DNA of 56,983 bases from a virus (Duplodnaviria; Caudoviricetes): positions 1 through 56,983 of IMG/VR virus record IMGVR_UViG_3300008261_000022, one strand, 5' to 3'. The first letter of the stretch is position 1, and every line of letters begins with the position of its first letter. This document shows, piece by piece, positions 1-9,700 of the stretch. The position numbers were made by a program, and so were the translations under genes. The notes under the pieces are model-generated. The model made no database searches, was not told where the DNA came from, and worked only from the letters and a program-made list of their open reading frames with translations.

Positions 1-194
1 GTCCTCCAACGCTGCGAGTCGTAAAGGCTCAAGGTCTTCTGTTGTCCAGAAATCCTTTGCCAGCATAATTTTCAAGTGCTCTTTGTTGCGGGACAAGCAA
101 TCTGCCCAGTCTTCGTCTGTCATCTTCTCAGGCTGTCCTGCGTTGATGACGGCTACGCTGTCGAGGGCAGCAGAGTAGTGCTGGGCGATTTGTT
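1..194. repeat. Imperfect terminal direct repeat, copy 1
   Basis: Colinear without indels with 56790-56983; first 62 nt and last 17 nt identical, middle diverged. Confidence 0.95.
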
Positions 195-213
195 CTGCGG
201 TGATTTCATTCAT
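1..213 (-). CDS. Small tail-fibre-associated protein, allele A (runs off left end)
   Basis: Hand translation MNEITAEQIAQHYSAALDSVAVINAGQPEKMTDEDWADCLSRNKEHLKIMLAKDFWTTEDLEPLRLAALED; ATG overlaps TGA of upstream fibre gene (ATGA). Confidence 0.8.
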   Translation of the reverse strand, partial: MNEITAEQIAQHYSAALDSVAVINAGQPEKMTDEDWADCLSRNKEHLKIMLAKDFWTTEDLEPLRLAALED

Positions 214-1373
214 GCTGATGCTCCATTGATTTGGGCTTTGAGGTTGTCAACCTCTGCTTTGAGTTCTTGGATGGACTTGACAAGAATTGCAACCATGTTG
301 CTGTAACCAATTTCGCTTGGCGTGTCATTGCCTTCATCATCTTTCCAATATTCAACATACTCTGTCATACCTAAATCATGGAAATCTTCAGCAATAAAAC
401 CAGCCCGTTGTTTTTGGTTTGGCTCATCGTTATAGACAAAGTACTTTGGACGCATTTGCATCAATGCAGTCAAACCTCTGTCGTAGTCAACAATGTCGTG
501 CTTAAATCTGCGTGATGATGAGGTAACAAACAATTGACCTGCACTTGAAGACCAGTGCATATTTGCTGTGCCACCCACAGGCATTGCTGGAATGTATGCG
601 TATCCTGAGTTGTCAATATGCAGTCTAGGATTCCCATCCCCATCAGATAGCACAATTCGGTTGCTTGCTGTGCGAATGTCTAAGCCGCCTTGGTTGCCGT
701 TGTAGCTACCAATGATGGTATTTTTAGAGCCTGTAGTAATTGCATCTCCGCACCCTGCAACACCAACACGAGGAGCGCCTACAAATGTATTCTGCGTTCC
801 AGTTGTTAAAGAGTAACCAGCACCTTGTCCAAAAATGACGTTTCCTGCTCCTGTTGTAATGCTATACCCCGCCTGATAACCCACAGCAGTGTTGTTAGAT
901 GCTGTGGTGTTGGATAGGAGGGCTTGCTGACCAAGTGCAGTATTAAAGTTTCCGGTTGTCAAACCAGCAAGGGAGTTGCTGCCAATTGCGGTATTTGAGC
1001 CTCCAGCAGAAGAACCGCTGACACCAAGCATGGCGTTATAACCAAGAGCTGTGTTGTTATTGTTTGTTTGGTATTGGGCAGCGTTTGAACCAATTGCTGT
1101 GTTTTGTAAACCTGAACTTGTACTTGCCAAAGCACTAGCACCAATAGCAGTGTTGGTAGCCACAGCACCTGCGCCACGGCCTACGGTGAGTCCATCAATA
1201 GTCGCTGACCCTGTGCCAAACTGCGCTTTGTTTGACCCTCCAGCAGCAATCGCTACTGTATCTGCGGCGGGGTAGAAGATACCTGTGTTAGGGTCTGCAC
1301 CTTGTACGGCTGGCGTACCAGCAGAGCCGTCTACACCCGCTATGCCTGTTGTACCGTTAATCGTAATTGCCAT
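210..1373 (-). CDS. Tail fibre/receptor-binding protein with YadA-like repeats and C-terminal intramolecular chaperone (peptidase S74)
   Basis: NTAIG/NTALG/NTAVG repeats; SSRRFKHDI...GFIAED...LVKSIQELKAEV is typical of the S74 chaperone. Confidence 0.85.
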   Translation of the reverse strand: MAITINGTTGIAGVDGSAGTPAVQGADPNTGIFYPAADTVAIAAGGSNKAQFGTGSATIDGLTVGRGAGAVATNTAIGASALASTSSGLQNTAIGSNAAQYQTNNNNTALGYNAMLGVSGSSAGGSNTAIGSNSLAGLTTGNFNTALGQQALLSNTTASNNTAVGYQAGYSITTGAGNVIFGQGAGYSLTTGTQNTFVGAPRVGVAGCGDAITTGSKNTIIGSYNGNQGGLDIRTASNRIVLSDGDGNPRLHIDNSGYAYIPAMPVGGTANMHWSSSAGQLFVTSSSRRFKHDIVDYDRGLTALMQMRPKYFVYNDEPNQKQRAGFIAEDFHDLGMTEYVEYWKDDEGNDTPSEIGYSNMVAILVKSIQELKAEVDNLKAQINGASA

Positions 1374-1382
1374 GTTGTCTCC

Positions 1383-2804
1383 TTAAACCACAGTCCAAAC
1401 CGAGCCACTCGCAACAGTTACCGTAATACCTGAGTTAACTGTTACAGGACCAGAAGATAAACCATTAAAACCAGTATCAACGGTATAGTTTGCTGCAATA
1501 GTATTTGCATTTACAAAGATACCGTTTAGAGCTACTGGCGCAGATGCTTGAAGTTCGCCCGTACTAGGCTTGTACAACAACTTGGCATTGCCGGTATTTA
1601 AACTACTAGCCGTACCGCTAGTGCTAGTTACAAATGTTGGGTATAGGTTAGTTGTGGTGCTTGTGTCGTTTGAGATGGTAATACTTGTGCCGCTGCTTGG
1701 CGTTATCCAAGAAAGAGCGCCGGTACCATCGGTTGATAAAACTTGACCGTTTGATCCATCTGCCGCGGGAAGTGTCCAAGTGACATTTGAAGTGATGTTT
1801 GCCGCACCTTGAAAGGCCACCCAATTCGATGAGTCGCCATCAGCAAACCGGACATCGCCTTGACCATTTAAAGTAAGGTTGCCGGCAATTGTCTGATCTT
1901 GAGTAAAGGTTTGGGCAATCCCTAGTCCGGCTACCGTGGTGCTTGTCGCAGGGAAGGTCATTACCGTGGAGTCTGTGCCGGACAAAGTCAGCGATGCGTT
2001 AACCGTCAGGGTCTTAGCATCCGTTCCCGCCAAAGTCAGGGTGGAGTTCGCGGTTAAGGTCTTACCATCCGCAACGGTTAGGGTAGATCCACTTGCCGGG
2101 GCGGTAATTGTTACCTTGTTATAAGTTCCACCCGTGATGTTTCCTGTGGTATCGGCAATCGTTACCGCTGAGTTTTGGATCAACTTCCCTGTTGTTCCAT
2201 CAAATCGAACCACCGCATCATCTGTTGCTGATGCAGGGCCAACCACATCACCATTGCCATTAGATGTCCAAGAAAGACCTCCTGAGCCATCGGTGGTTAG
2301 AACTTGGCCGCTATTACCATCATCGGATGGCATCGTAAGAGTGTAACTAGATGCCAAGGTTCCGGGGGCTTGCAGGGCAACATATTCGCCTCCGGTCGTG
2401 TCTTGAAGCCTTAAATCGCCTTGTGCGGCAATCTCAACCTGAGTAAACACCCCCGTATTTGCAGTTGTAGCCCCTACGGAACCGTTTAGTGGCCCGGCAA
2501 ATCCCGTGGCGGTGATAATCCCTGCGGAAATCGTTACCCCGGAGTTATCCTGAATGAGCTTCCCGGTAGTTCCGTTGAAGGTAGGTATCGCATTAGCAGT
2601 AGCAGAGGCGGGGCCAACGACATCGCCTAAAGCTCCAGAACCGGCCGCCAAGAGTTGCACCGCCCCAAGATTGTCCTCGTAATAGAGCTTTCCATCCGTA
2701 ATGTTGATGGCCAACTCGCCAGGGACAAGGTTTCCGGATGTCGGAGCGGCGGCTGCCGTAGTACTGTAATACAACGATATAGGGGTGAATCCCGCTTGTG
2801 CCAT
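1383..2804 (-). CDS. Tail fibre / fibre hub protein with internal duplications
   Basis: GELAINITDGKLYY N-terminal fibre motif; duplicated GDVVGPASAT..GKLIQ and YTLTMP..DG..GQVL.TDG.G.LSW units; C-terminal GPVTVNSGITVTVASGSVWTVV. Confidence 0.8.
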   Translation of the reverse strand: MAQAGFTPISLYYSTTAAAAPTSGNLVPGELAINITDGKLYYEDNLGAVQLLAAGSGALGDVVGPASATANAIPTFNGTTGKLIQDNSGVTISAGIITATGFAGPLNGSVGATTANTGVFTQVEIAAQGDLRLQDTTGGEYVALQAPGTLASSYTLTMPSDDGNSGQVLTTDGSGGLSWTSNGNGDVVGPASATDDAVVRFDGTTGKLIQNSAVTIADTTGNITGGTYNKVTITAPASGSTLTVADGKTLTANSTLTLAGTDAKTLTVNASLTLSGTDSTVMTFPATSTTVAGLGIAQTFTQDQTIAGNLTLNGQGDVRFADGDSSNWVAFQGAANITSNVTWTLPAADGSNGQVLSTDGTGALSWITPSSGTSITISNDTSTTTNLYPTFVTSTSGTASSLNTGNAKLLYKPSTGELQASAPVALNGIFVNANTIAANYTVDTGFNGLSSGPVTVNSGITVTVASGSVWTVV

Positions 2805-5801
2805 TTAGAAAGTACCTCCAAAAATACCGGTCGTGGCTACCACCGTGCCTGCCGTTAAAGTGTTCGTAGAAGGATTGTAAGTAAGATCTGAATCTACCTC
2901 TACCGCCTGGTTACCTGATGTCGCATCTACGAAAGCTGGGTAGAAAGTTGCGTTTACGCTCGTAGCCGTTACTGCCACATTTGCGGCGTTTGTCGCGGTT
3001 CCAATCGATATGCTTCCTGGATCAGACCATTGTGGAGCGGTAGCTCCGGCGGTCAAAAGATACCCTGAGGAACCCAAATTCAGGGTTGTGGTCGCATTTG
3101 ATCCGGTTTGATAAACCAACGACCCTGCTGCGCCGCCGCTAACATTAGTTGCAGTTGTGGCCGATCCTACCGACAAAGTGGACTGAGCCACATACCCTGG
3201 AGCAGTCCCGTTTGAGGCTAGGACATACCCATTTGCCCCAACCGTTAGCCGATCCAAGGTGGTTGATGTATTGGCAAATATCAGGTCTCCGGTTGCGTAT
3301 CCGGTAATGCCCGTGCCCCCCAAAGTCGCTAAAACGGGGCTTGTAAGGCTAAATATAGTCCCGGTGAGGGTTAGCCCTGTGCCGGCAGAATAGACCTGAG
3401 AGGCTGAGAATTGGGTATAGGTTAGGTTTGTGGTTCCAATGATTATTGGGTTATTAGTGGTCAGGACATACGACTCTCCAGCGCCCGTTAGACCCTCTTG
3501 AACAAAAACATAATCGCCCTGAGACATTCCGGTTGGGCTATTGGGAACATACCTATCTGCATCTGTTGCACGGGTCAGAACCCAAGGTGTAGATCCATTG
3601 CCCACGGTTGTAACCGTATAAATGCCGTTATGGGCGGCGTTGGCTTGGTTGTAGACCAATACCCGATTAGTGGATGAAAGGTTCACCCCATCGATCTGAA
3701 TGGCCGCATTGGCTCCGGCATTTGTAAGGATCGCCCCAACGCCGGCATTTACGGTTCCGGTGATTGTTAAACCGGTGCCATTGGTAAAGGTGGTGATTTC
3801 AGGCCCACCAAAGGACAACGACAGGGTTACCTGATTGGCTGCCGGAGCTGAGTAAACATAGTAGGCGGTACCCGAAACGATGCCGTTTGCCGTGACTGAG
3901 AAGACAATCTGATCGTTTACTGAGATGCTTGGAGAGGTTGCGAAGGTCAGGGTTGTGCCGCCGGTAATGTCCGTGGCCGTAACGGCAGTCCCGCCTGGGG
4001 TATAGGTGGCATTTAAAGCCGTTGGTGTCTCTACCCGAACCGGGGTGTGAATCGTAATCCCTGAAGAAACCGCATCATCAACATACTGCTTTGTGGCCAA
4101 CTGTAGAGCCGATGAGGGAGGCTGCGTTACCGTGACTGAGGTCAGACCGGCAAGGGTTGTCGCCGTGCCGCCAAGGCTGATTGCCGTGGTTCCTACCGTA
4201 ATAGCACTATTTTGCAAAGCACCATTTGGGATGCTTGTAAAGTTAGTACCGGTAAGGGTAGGGGCGGTCGAATAAGAGGGGGTTGTGCCTCCGACAAGAA
4301 CCCCGGAGGCCGTGGCCAACATCGAAGTGGCACCGGAGCCTGTTTGGTAAGGAATAGATCCTGCCGCTCCCCCTGCAAGGTTTGTTGCGGTTCCTACGGC
4401 CAAAGTGGACTGAGAAGACCATTGCGGAGCGGTTCCTGAGGATGTTAAGACTTCCCCAACCGCGCCAATACCTACGAAGCTCGTGGCTCCGGCACCGGTT
4501 TGGTATGGCAAAGAACCGCCTGATCCACCCGACAAATTGGTAGATGCCGTTGCGGTTGCGGCGTTTCCGCTGATGCTGATGCCCCAAGTGCCCGTGGCAT
4601 TTGTTCCCGAAACGCTCGGCGCTCCGATTGAGTTATAACTGATCGTAATCGGGGCTGAACCGTTATAAGTTGTCCCTGAGGCTGAGCCTGAACCGGAGTT
4701 GTCCATGGTCAGGGCATTGGCCACCGACCCTGCCTGTCCCGTTGTGTTTTGATTTAGGGTAGGGACATCTGCGGCATTAATTGAGCGGAAAACAGGGGTG
4801 CCGGCAGTTCCATTGGGTGAGGCTAAAAATAGGTTTGAGTTTTGGGAAGCCCAAGCGGCGGTCAAAGTACCAGCGGCAGTAACCGGGGAGTTTGTAACCG
4901 TGAAGTCACTTGGCATCGAAAGCCCGACTGAGGTGACCGTGCCGGCTCCGGCGACTGCTGACCATACAAAGGCTGAGCCATTCCACTTTAAGAAGGTGTC
5001 AGTTACGGTCGGTACAGAGACAAATCCTGTCGTACTTGCTGCTGTTTGGTAGACGATTTGGTTGGCTACCCCGCCATCTACTTGGCCATTACCTATGTTC
5101 CTCCAAGAACCGCCTTGGTAGCCCTGTAAGCGGGTTGTGTCGGTGTTGTAGCGGATCTGTCCACCTGACCCCGCGGGGGTCTGAGCGGTCGTTCCTGAGG
5201 GTACTGTAACCGCCCCCGTGCCCGGAAGGATGGCGTTTGAAGTAATCGAAATAGTTGGATTGCCAGGACCGGCTCCATTTGCCACATCGATTTGATTGGC
5301 CGTGCCGGTAATTGATACTGAGGTGGTTGAAGACCCCCCAACAACCCCAAGAAGTCCCGTTCCGGATAGTGCATTTATTGTCCCGACCGTTCCCGATAGA
5401 GAGAAGGTTGGGTTTCCAGCGACTCCGTTGGCATCTGAGATTGCGATGCCGTTTGCTGAGGTCGCCAAAGACCGGTTTATGACCGATCCGGCACTTTTGA
5501 CTATGAACCCGTTGCCGGCAGACTCCAAAGACCCTGAGGCACCATTTAAGGTTATCTGAAGGGTACTTTGAGCTCCCCCATCAACTAAGCCTATACCTAA
5601 GCCACCCGACAAAGCCCTTGAGTTAGTTAAAAGAGGCTCTTGGTTTAGGGTAATAAAGGTTTGGGTAAGCGGGGGAGAAGTCGAAATTGCCCCCGTGGTC
5701 GTCTGTACGGTCTGCCCGTTTTGAACGATAGGAACCGCCTCAGAACCGGTTATGGGGCCTGCGGCGGGAAGCTGGGTAATAGTGACTTGGGCTGAGGGCA
5801 T
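2805..5801 (-). CDS. Long tail fibre protein
   Basis: 998 aa G/T/S/A-rich; repeated GGAAGSIPYQTG units; RVLVYNQANAAHNGIY fibre motif. Confidence 0.85.
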   Translation of the reverse strand: MPSAQVTITQLPAAGPITGSEAVPIVQNGQTVQTTTGAISTSPPLTQTFITLNQEPLLTNSRALSGGLGIGLVDGGAQSTLQITLNGASGSLESAGNGFIVKSAGSVINRSLATSANGIAISDANGVAGNPTFSLSGTVGTINALSGTGLLGVVGGSSTTSVSITGTANQIDVANGAGPGNPTISITSNAILPGTGAVTVPSGTTAQTPAGSGGQIRYNTDTTRLQGYQGGSWRNIGNGQVDGGVANQIVYQTAASTTGFVSVPTVTDTFLKWNGSAFVWSAVAGAGTVTSVGLSMPSDFTVTNSPVTAAGTLTAAWASQNSNLFLASPNGTAGTPVFRSINAADVPTLNQNTTGQAGSVANALTMDNSGSGSASGTTYNGSAPITISYNSIGAPSVSGTNATGTWGISISGNAATATASTNLSGGSGGSLPYQTGAGATSFVGIGAVGEVLTSSGTAPQWSSQSTLAVGTATNLAGGAAGSIPYQTGSGATSMLATASGVLVGGTTPSYSTAPTLTGTNFTSIPNGALQNSAITVGTTAISLGGTATTLAGLTSVTVTQPPSSALQLATKQYVDDAVSSGITIHTPVRVETPTALNATYTPGGTAVTATDITGGTTLTFATSPSISVNDQIVFSVTANGIVSGTAYYVYSAPAANQVTLSLSFGGPEITTFTNGTGLTITGTVNAGVGAILTNAGANAAIQIDGVNLSSTNRVLVYNQANAAHNGIYTVTTVGNGSTPWVLTRATDADRYVPNSPTGMSQGDYVFVQEGLTGAGESYVLTTNNPIIIGTTNLTYTQFSASQVYSAGTGLTLTGTIFSLTSPVLATLGGTGITGYATGDLIFANTSTTLDRLTVGANGYVLASNGTAPGYVAQSTLSVGSATTATNVSGGAAGSLVYQTGSNATTTLNLGSSGYLLTAGATAPQWSDPGSISIGTATNAANVAVTATSVNATFYPAFVDATSGNQAVEVDSDLTYNPSTNTLTAGTVVATTGIFGGTF

Positions 5802-6142
5802 TATTCGCTCGGGCTAATTACATCTAGGTTTCCATTGGTTTCCGGGTTGTCGTTATTGCCTTGGGTAGAGATCAAAAACTGCCCATAACCGCCTGTCTGA
5901 AGCGCAGGCTGCACATTGGCAACGCTTACATCCGGTCTCGGGAAGCGAAGATTGATCCTCTCCGTCTTCCTTGCAGGTAATCTATAAGGGTCAAACTCAT
6001 CCTTGCAACCCTCATCACAGACCCGAAGGCCTGGGAAGTTAGGATCTGGCCCCATATCCACATAGGCTCGCTTCATCTTGCATCGATCACAGATTGCAAT
6101 CGCTACCGATGAGAGTCCACGAGTGTCTAAAAATCGGGGCAT
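5801..6142 (-). CDS. Virion-associated protein with CxxC/CxxxC
   Basis: AICDRC...VCDEGC...PRPD; coupled (TAATG) to the adaptor and fibre genes. Confidence 0.65.
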   Translation of the reverse strand: MPRFLDTRGLSSVAIAICDRCKMKRAYVDMGPDPNFPGLRVCDEGCKDEFDPYRLPARKTERINLRFPRPDVSVANVQPALQTGGYGQFLISTQGNNDNPETNGNLDVISPSE

Positions 6143-7215
6143 TATCTTGTGTACACCGAAATATTAGGTGCGTAGTAAATAGGCGACTTATCCCGCTCTT
6201 CTTGCTCAGCCTCATAGATGTACTGATCGGCCATCTTTTCTAGGTACCCGATCCGGTCTGGAGCCACATTAGGCAACTCCAAAGCCATCCGGTGGGCAAG
6301 CATAAAGACTGTGGCCTCATACCACCTTTGGGGCACTTCAAGCTCATTAGTAAGAGCGCCCACATCCATGATCTGCCTGGAATACCACACCGTCATCTGA
6401 ATAAAGGGGTCAGAGGGCACCGGCCATAGGTACATGGTCGGCTGAGGAATAGTGCGGTCAAACCAATATTGGTAGGGCTGATTGGCCGTAAAGTTTTGAT
6501 TTGGGAGGTTTGTGTAGTCATCCCGGTTCAATCGAGCCATTTGGACTAGGCGAGCATTATTTCCTATATACCACTCCCGAAGGGCTAGGATCGTTCCGCT
6601 ATAGGCTCTAATGCGGTAGTACTCCACATTCTGTCCGGGATCGACATCAGTCCATATCCACTCATTGTCGGTGACCGCTACTTGCCCCAAGTCCTCAAGC
6701 GTGTTCCAGGTACTTCCGTCAACCGAATACTCAAAAATGATAGACCAAACAGAACTACCACCGCCTGCAATGTAAGGCAGAAAACCAATGGAGCCAGCAT
6801 AAATTGGGTTATCGGTTCCAAAGGAGACTGAGATGTTTCCGTTGGCCGTGGTTTGCTGACAATAAGTGTCAATATCGGAGTCTGCGACGAAGCCAACGGT
6901 ACCTCCTGCGCTAGTAGCATAGTTCCCAACAGGGCGGTTCATCGTGCGGTAAAGCACATTTAAGGCATCTACCGAACCGAGGGGTAAAGAATAAATGTAC
7001 TGATTGGCCTTTAAGCCAAATACTTTTTTGCTGATTGCCCAATAATTTATGCCCTTATTTGCAAGAGCAGACAAGGCAAAAAATAGAGACTCTCGAGCAG
7101 ACACAACTTGCTCTGAAGTTAGCTCTTCAGCGAGCTTTCCACATCTCCGTGCTCCATGGTCGATCATCGTTTGAACATTGATGACCGTGGTTCCTACGGT
7201 TCCTGAATAGGCCAT
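6142..7215 (-). CDS. Head-tail adaptor (tail tubular protein A-like) with inserted beta-sandwich domain
   Basis: N-terminal helical segment, YTNLPN..QPYQYWFDR..LWPVP C-terminal part; central EYSVDGSTW..YYRIRA discoidin-like insertion; position after head genes. Confidence 0.6.
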   Translation of the reverse strand: MAYSGTVGTTVINVQTMIDHGARRCGKLAEELTSEQVVSARESLFFALSALANKGINYWAISKKVFGLKANQYIYSLPLGSVDALNVLYRTMNRPVGNYATSAGGTVGFVADSDIDTYCQQTTANGNISVSFGTDNPIYAGSIGFLPYIAGGGSSVWSIIFEYSVDGSTWNTLEDLGQVAVTDNEWIWTDVDPGQNVEYYRIRAYSGTILALREWYIGNNARLVQMARLNRDDYTNLPNQNFTANQPYQYWFDRTIPQPTMYLWPVPSDPFIQMTVWYSRQIMDVGALTNELEVPQRWYEATVFMLAHRMALELPNVAPDRIGYLEKMADQYIYEAEQEERDKSPIYYAPNISVYTR

Positions 7216-7623
7216 TTACCACCCCGGACAGTTCCAACGCTTCATAGATGCGCGGGAACGACTTCCCCGCTCGCTTTTTTCTGCAATTGCACCCATACGG
7301 GCACAAAATGAATTTCTCCGACCGCCGCCTTGAGGTTGGGGCGCTTTGAGGTTGCTTCCGGTTTCCCGGTTGTACTTAGCCCTACCTTTTGCGGTCAATC
7401 CTGCGCCCTGAGATACAGATAACTTCTCACCCCGGCCAACAGAAAGGTTTACATCACCACCTTTTTTCATCTCACTAGGTAATTTTGAGTAAGACTTCTT
7501 GCCCACATTAGACTCAGTAAACTCCGCGGCTACAGATGGCTTTATCCCGACCTTTTTGGCAAACTTGGGGTTGTACTCAACGGCCTTCATGAGCCTGTAT
7601 TGAGCTTTTGATTTGGCTGGCAT
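7216..7623 (-). CDS. Basic protein with MKKGG motif followed by a DUF6321-like domain
   Basis: MPAKSKAQYRLM N-terminus; RRNSFCARM...KRWNC C-terminal signature. Confidence 0.6.
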   Translation of the reverse strand: MPAKSKAQYRLMKAVEYNPKFAKKVGIKPSVAAEFTESNVGKKSYSKLPSEMKKGGDVNLSVGRGEKLSVSQGAGLTAKGRAKYNRETGSNLKAPQPQGGGRRNSFCARMGAIAEKSERGSRSRASMKRWNCPGW

Positions 7624-8211
7624 TTATGATACCTGTTGAACGCTAACGATAATTGATGGAATCGCTGGATAAGCAGGAGTTACTGATGCCGGCAAATGCT
7701 CAAGAGTTAGTTGAGTTGATGATGGCAGCCAAAAGATTTGAACATAATCAGAAGAATTTAAATCTAAAAATATGTTCCATGCGGCGACCGCGTAACCAAA
7801 GATGCTTGCTGATTTTCTAGCCGGAACAGTAACTATCGTTGCAGAATTGGCAAGGTCACTACCATTGACCTTAAACCAAATAACTACTTCTTGCTGGGCG
7901 TTATCAACATTTTTAAATTGAGCACTAAACTGAAGGTCATAAACACCTGTGTTTGGCACAGTAATTTCAGAATTGTTTACAAGTGTGATGCCATCGGTTA
8001 CATCTTGAGTGTTATAGGTTATGACTGTTCCGGCAGATATGTTTCCTGTCTGATCGGTGCTATCACTCCATGCGCCGTAGGCTCGATTGTAGGCAATGAT
8101 GTCTGCAACAGTAGTTTTCCTATTGTCTCCGCTTTGAACGACCGGGACTAATTCAGCACCTGTAAGCGGCAGAGTTGCCGCGGTCATTGCTGAGATTTTG
8201 GTATCTGCCAT
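7624..8211 (-). CDS. Virion spike/fibre with C1q/TNF-like C-terminal domain
   Basis: N-terminus similar to that of 2805..5801; ITVPNTGVYDLQFSAQF..LDLNSSDYVQI C1q-like pattern. Confidence 0.6.
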   Translation of the reverse strand: MADTKISAMTAATLPLTGAELVPVVQSGDNRKTTVADIIAYNRAYGAWSDSTDQTGNISAGTVITYNTQDVTDGITLVNNSEITVPNTGVYDLQFSAQFKNVDNAQQEVVIWFKVNGSDLANSATIVTVPARKSASIFGYAVAAWNIFLDLNSSDYVQIFWLPSSTQLTLEHLPASVTPAYPAIPSIIVSVQQVS

Positions 8212-8436
8212 TTAAGACTCCAATTCAATCTTGTCGTTATTTTCTTGCAATACATATCCCGAACTTTCCATCAGGATATAGAATGGCCCCGCAGTAACAG
8301 GACCGCGGACAATTACAGATTGGCCGCCAACATCATCACCATATCCGTTGTGGGCATCAGCCACCACTCCCGATGCTAGACCGGGATAGGTATTTGCAAA
8401 ATTTGCTACCCCTTCAAAGCCGACGCCACCTGCCAT
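8212..8436 (-). CDS. Small virion structural protein
   Basis: Coupled in late operon; ends ILMESSGYVLQE. Confidence 0.6.
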   Translation of the reverse strand: MAGGVGFEGVANFANTYPGLASGVVADAHNGYGDDVGGQSVIVRGPVTAGPFYILMESSGYVLQENNDKIELES

Positions 8437-8741
8437 TACGCAATACCTGCTTGAATCAGTTTCAGGGTCACGGTTCCCGCGCCTGAGTTCATGGTGATAC
8501 GAATTGCCGTTACGGGGAAAGCGTAGTTTCCATCAGCGTTAGCAATCTGAGCGGCCACCGTGGGGTGATTGAACCAAGTTGTAAACCCAACGGCAGGGTC
8601 ATCAAAACTGTGCTGAACGGTAAAGTCTACGGTTCCGGTCTTTACCACTCCAAATCCAACATTGAAAGGAGTGGCATTTAAATTCATTACGATTGGAGTG
8701 CTTGAGCCAGCTCCTGTTTGGCTTACGGTTTGTAGTTTCAT
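8436..8741 (-). CDS. Hypothetical virion structural protein (beta-rich)
   Basis: AAGGAA RBS, late operon position. Confidence 0.65.
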   Translation of the reverse strand: MKLQTVSQTGAGSSTPIVMNLNATPFNVGFGVVKTGTVDFTVQHSFDDPAVGFTTWFNHPTVAAQIANADGNYAFPVTAIRITMNSGAGTVTLKLIQAGIA

Positions 8742-8753
8742 GTGTTGTTCCTT

Positions 8754-8775
8754 AAAAAGCAGGGGCCGAAGCCCC
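8754..8775 (-). terminator. Rho-independent terminator
   Basis: Minus strand GGGGC-TTCG-GCCCC-TGC-TTTTT: C(UUCG)G tetraloop hairpin plus U tract. Confidence 0.85.
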
Positions 8776-8783
8776 CACCTTGT

Positions 8784-9698
8784 TTAGCACTTACCGCCGC
8801 GCCGCATTGCTTTTCCGTACTTGCTGTAAATCTCTACATCTTTAGATTTAGCAGCCTTCATTGCAGGGGCGTTTTCCTTATCAAACATCTTGGTTAAACG
8901 CTTTTCTGCGGGGGTCATTACTGCACCACCCTTTTTGAAGGTTCCGGAGAGCTGGTTGATGCTTACGGGTGTAGATGGTTTTTTATGACCCTGAGGCATT
9001 GATTCTGCCTTTCCGGAGTCATTTACCGCCCCACCCTTAGCATACTTTTTTGCGGCACCACCCTTCTTGTAGCCACCGCCATTGCCAAGTTTCACACCAC
9101 CTGTTTTGGCAGGCGAGTGATCCGGGTGGGTGGTATCCATCTTGGTGTTCTTGTACTTCTCAGCGCCCTTTTCAGAGGCCGCAACACCGATGATTCCACC
9201 TTTAGCGTAGCAATCTACTTTGCCACCCTTTTTGTAGCCACCCTGACCGTTGACAACGCCACCGGTCGCATAGCCACCTTGGCCTTTAACAACACCGCCG
9301 GTTTTAAGACCTTTGTGAGCCTTGGAGGCGGGCATAGACTTATGCTCCTTTAACTCCTTAGCGGTCTTCATCTCTTTAGCGTGTTCGGCTTTGGTTTCGC
9401 CACCTTTTTTCATCACTTGAGCGGCCGAACCTACGGGAGCAGCGGGAGCTGCACCTGCGGGCATGGCTCGCATCATGCGACGACGAGCGGCTAAAGAAGG
9501 GCGCATGGGAGACTTACCAGGCATCGCGCCGCCACTAGCGGGCATCGACGCTGGCATTGCTGCCGGAGCCGGTGTCGCCGTGGGGGCAAGAGCACCACCC
9601 ATTTGCATCTTCTTCTCTACTTTGCCACCTTTTTTGAGCTTTAACTCAACGGTAGGCTCCGTAGTCATCATTTTGACCATCGGTTTGAACTGACCCAT
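8784..9698 (-). CDS. Lys-rich low-complexity protein with 12 [MLFYA]xxGG motifs (putative internal head protein)
   Basis: LKKGG, MQMGG, MKKGG, LKTGG, YATGG, YKKGG, YAKGG, AKTGG, YKKGG, YAKGG, FKKGG, MRRGG. Confidence 0.75.
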   Translation of the reverse strand: MGQFKPMVKMMTTEPTVELKLKKGGKVEKKMQMGGALAPTATPAPAAMPASMPASGGAMPGKSPMRPSLAARRRMMRAMPAGAAPAAPVGSAAQVMKKGGETKAEHAKEMKTAKELKEHKSMPASKAHKGLKTGGVVKGQGGYATGGVVNGQGGYKKGGKVDCYAKGGIIGVAASEKGAEKYKNTKMDTTHPDHSPAKTGGVKLGNGGGYKKGGAAKKYAKGGAVNDSGKAESMPQGHKKPSTPVSINQLSGTFKKGGAVMTPAEKRLTKMFDKENAPAMKAAKSKDVEIYSKYGKAMRRGGKC

Positions 9699-9700
9699 GA

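Noticed and set aside
1-194. DGR template/variable repeat pair with 56790-56983
   Set aside because: Differences are not adenine-specific, many are synonymous, and no reverse transcriptase gene is present
2805-5801. Apparent excess of CCGG sites as a methylation signature
   Set aside because: Can be explained by Thr/Ala-Gly codon pairs in Gly-rich proteins; not quantifiable without a codon-controlled count
8784-9698. Mimicry of ribosomal protein L27 N-terminus (KKxGG) / Prp protease site
   Set aside because: Similarity limited to 4-5 low-complexity residues and the upstream LQFF-type Prp motif is absent
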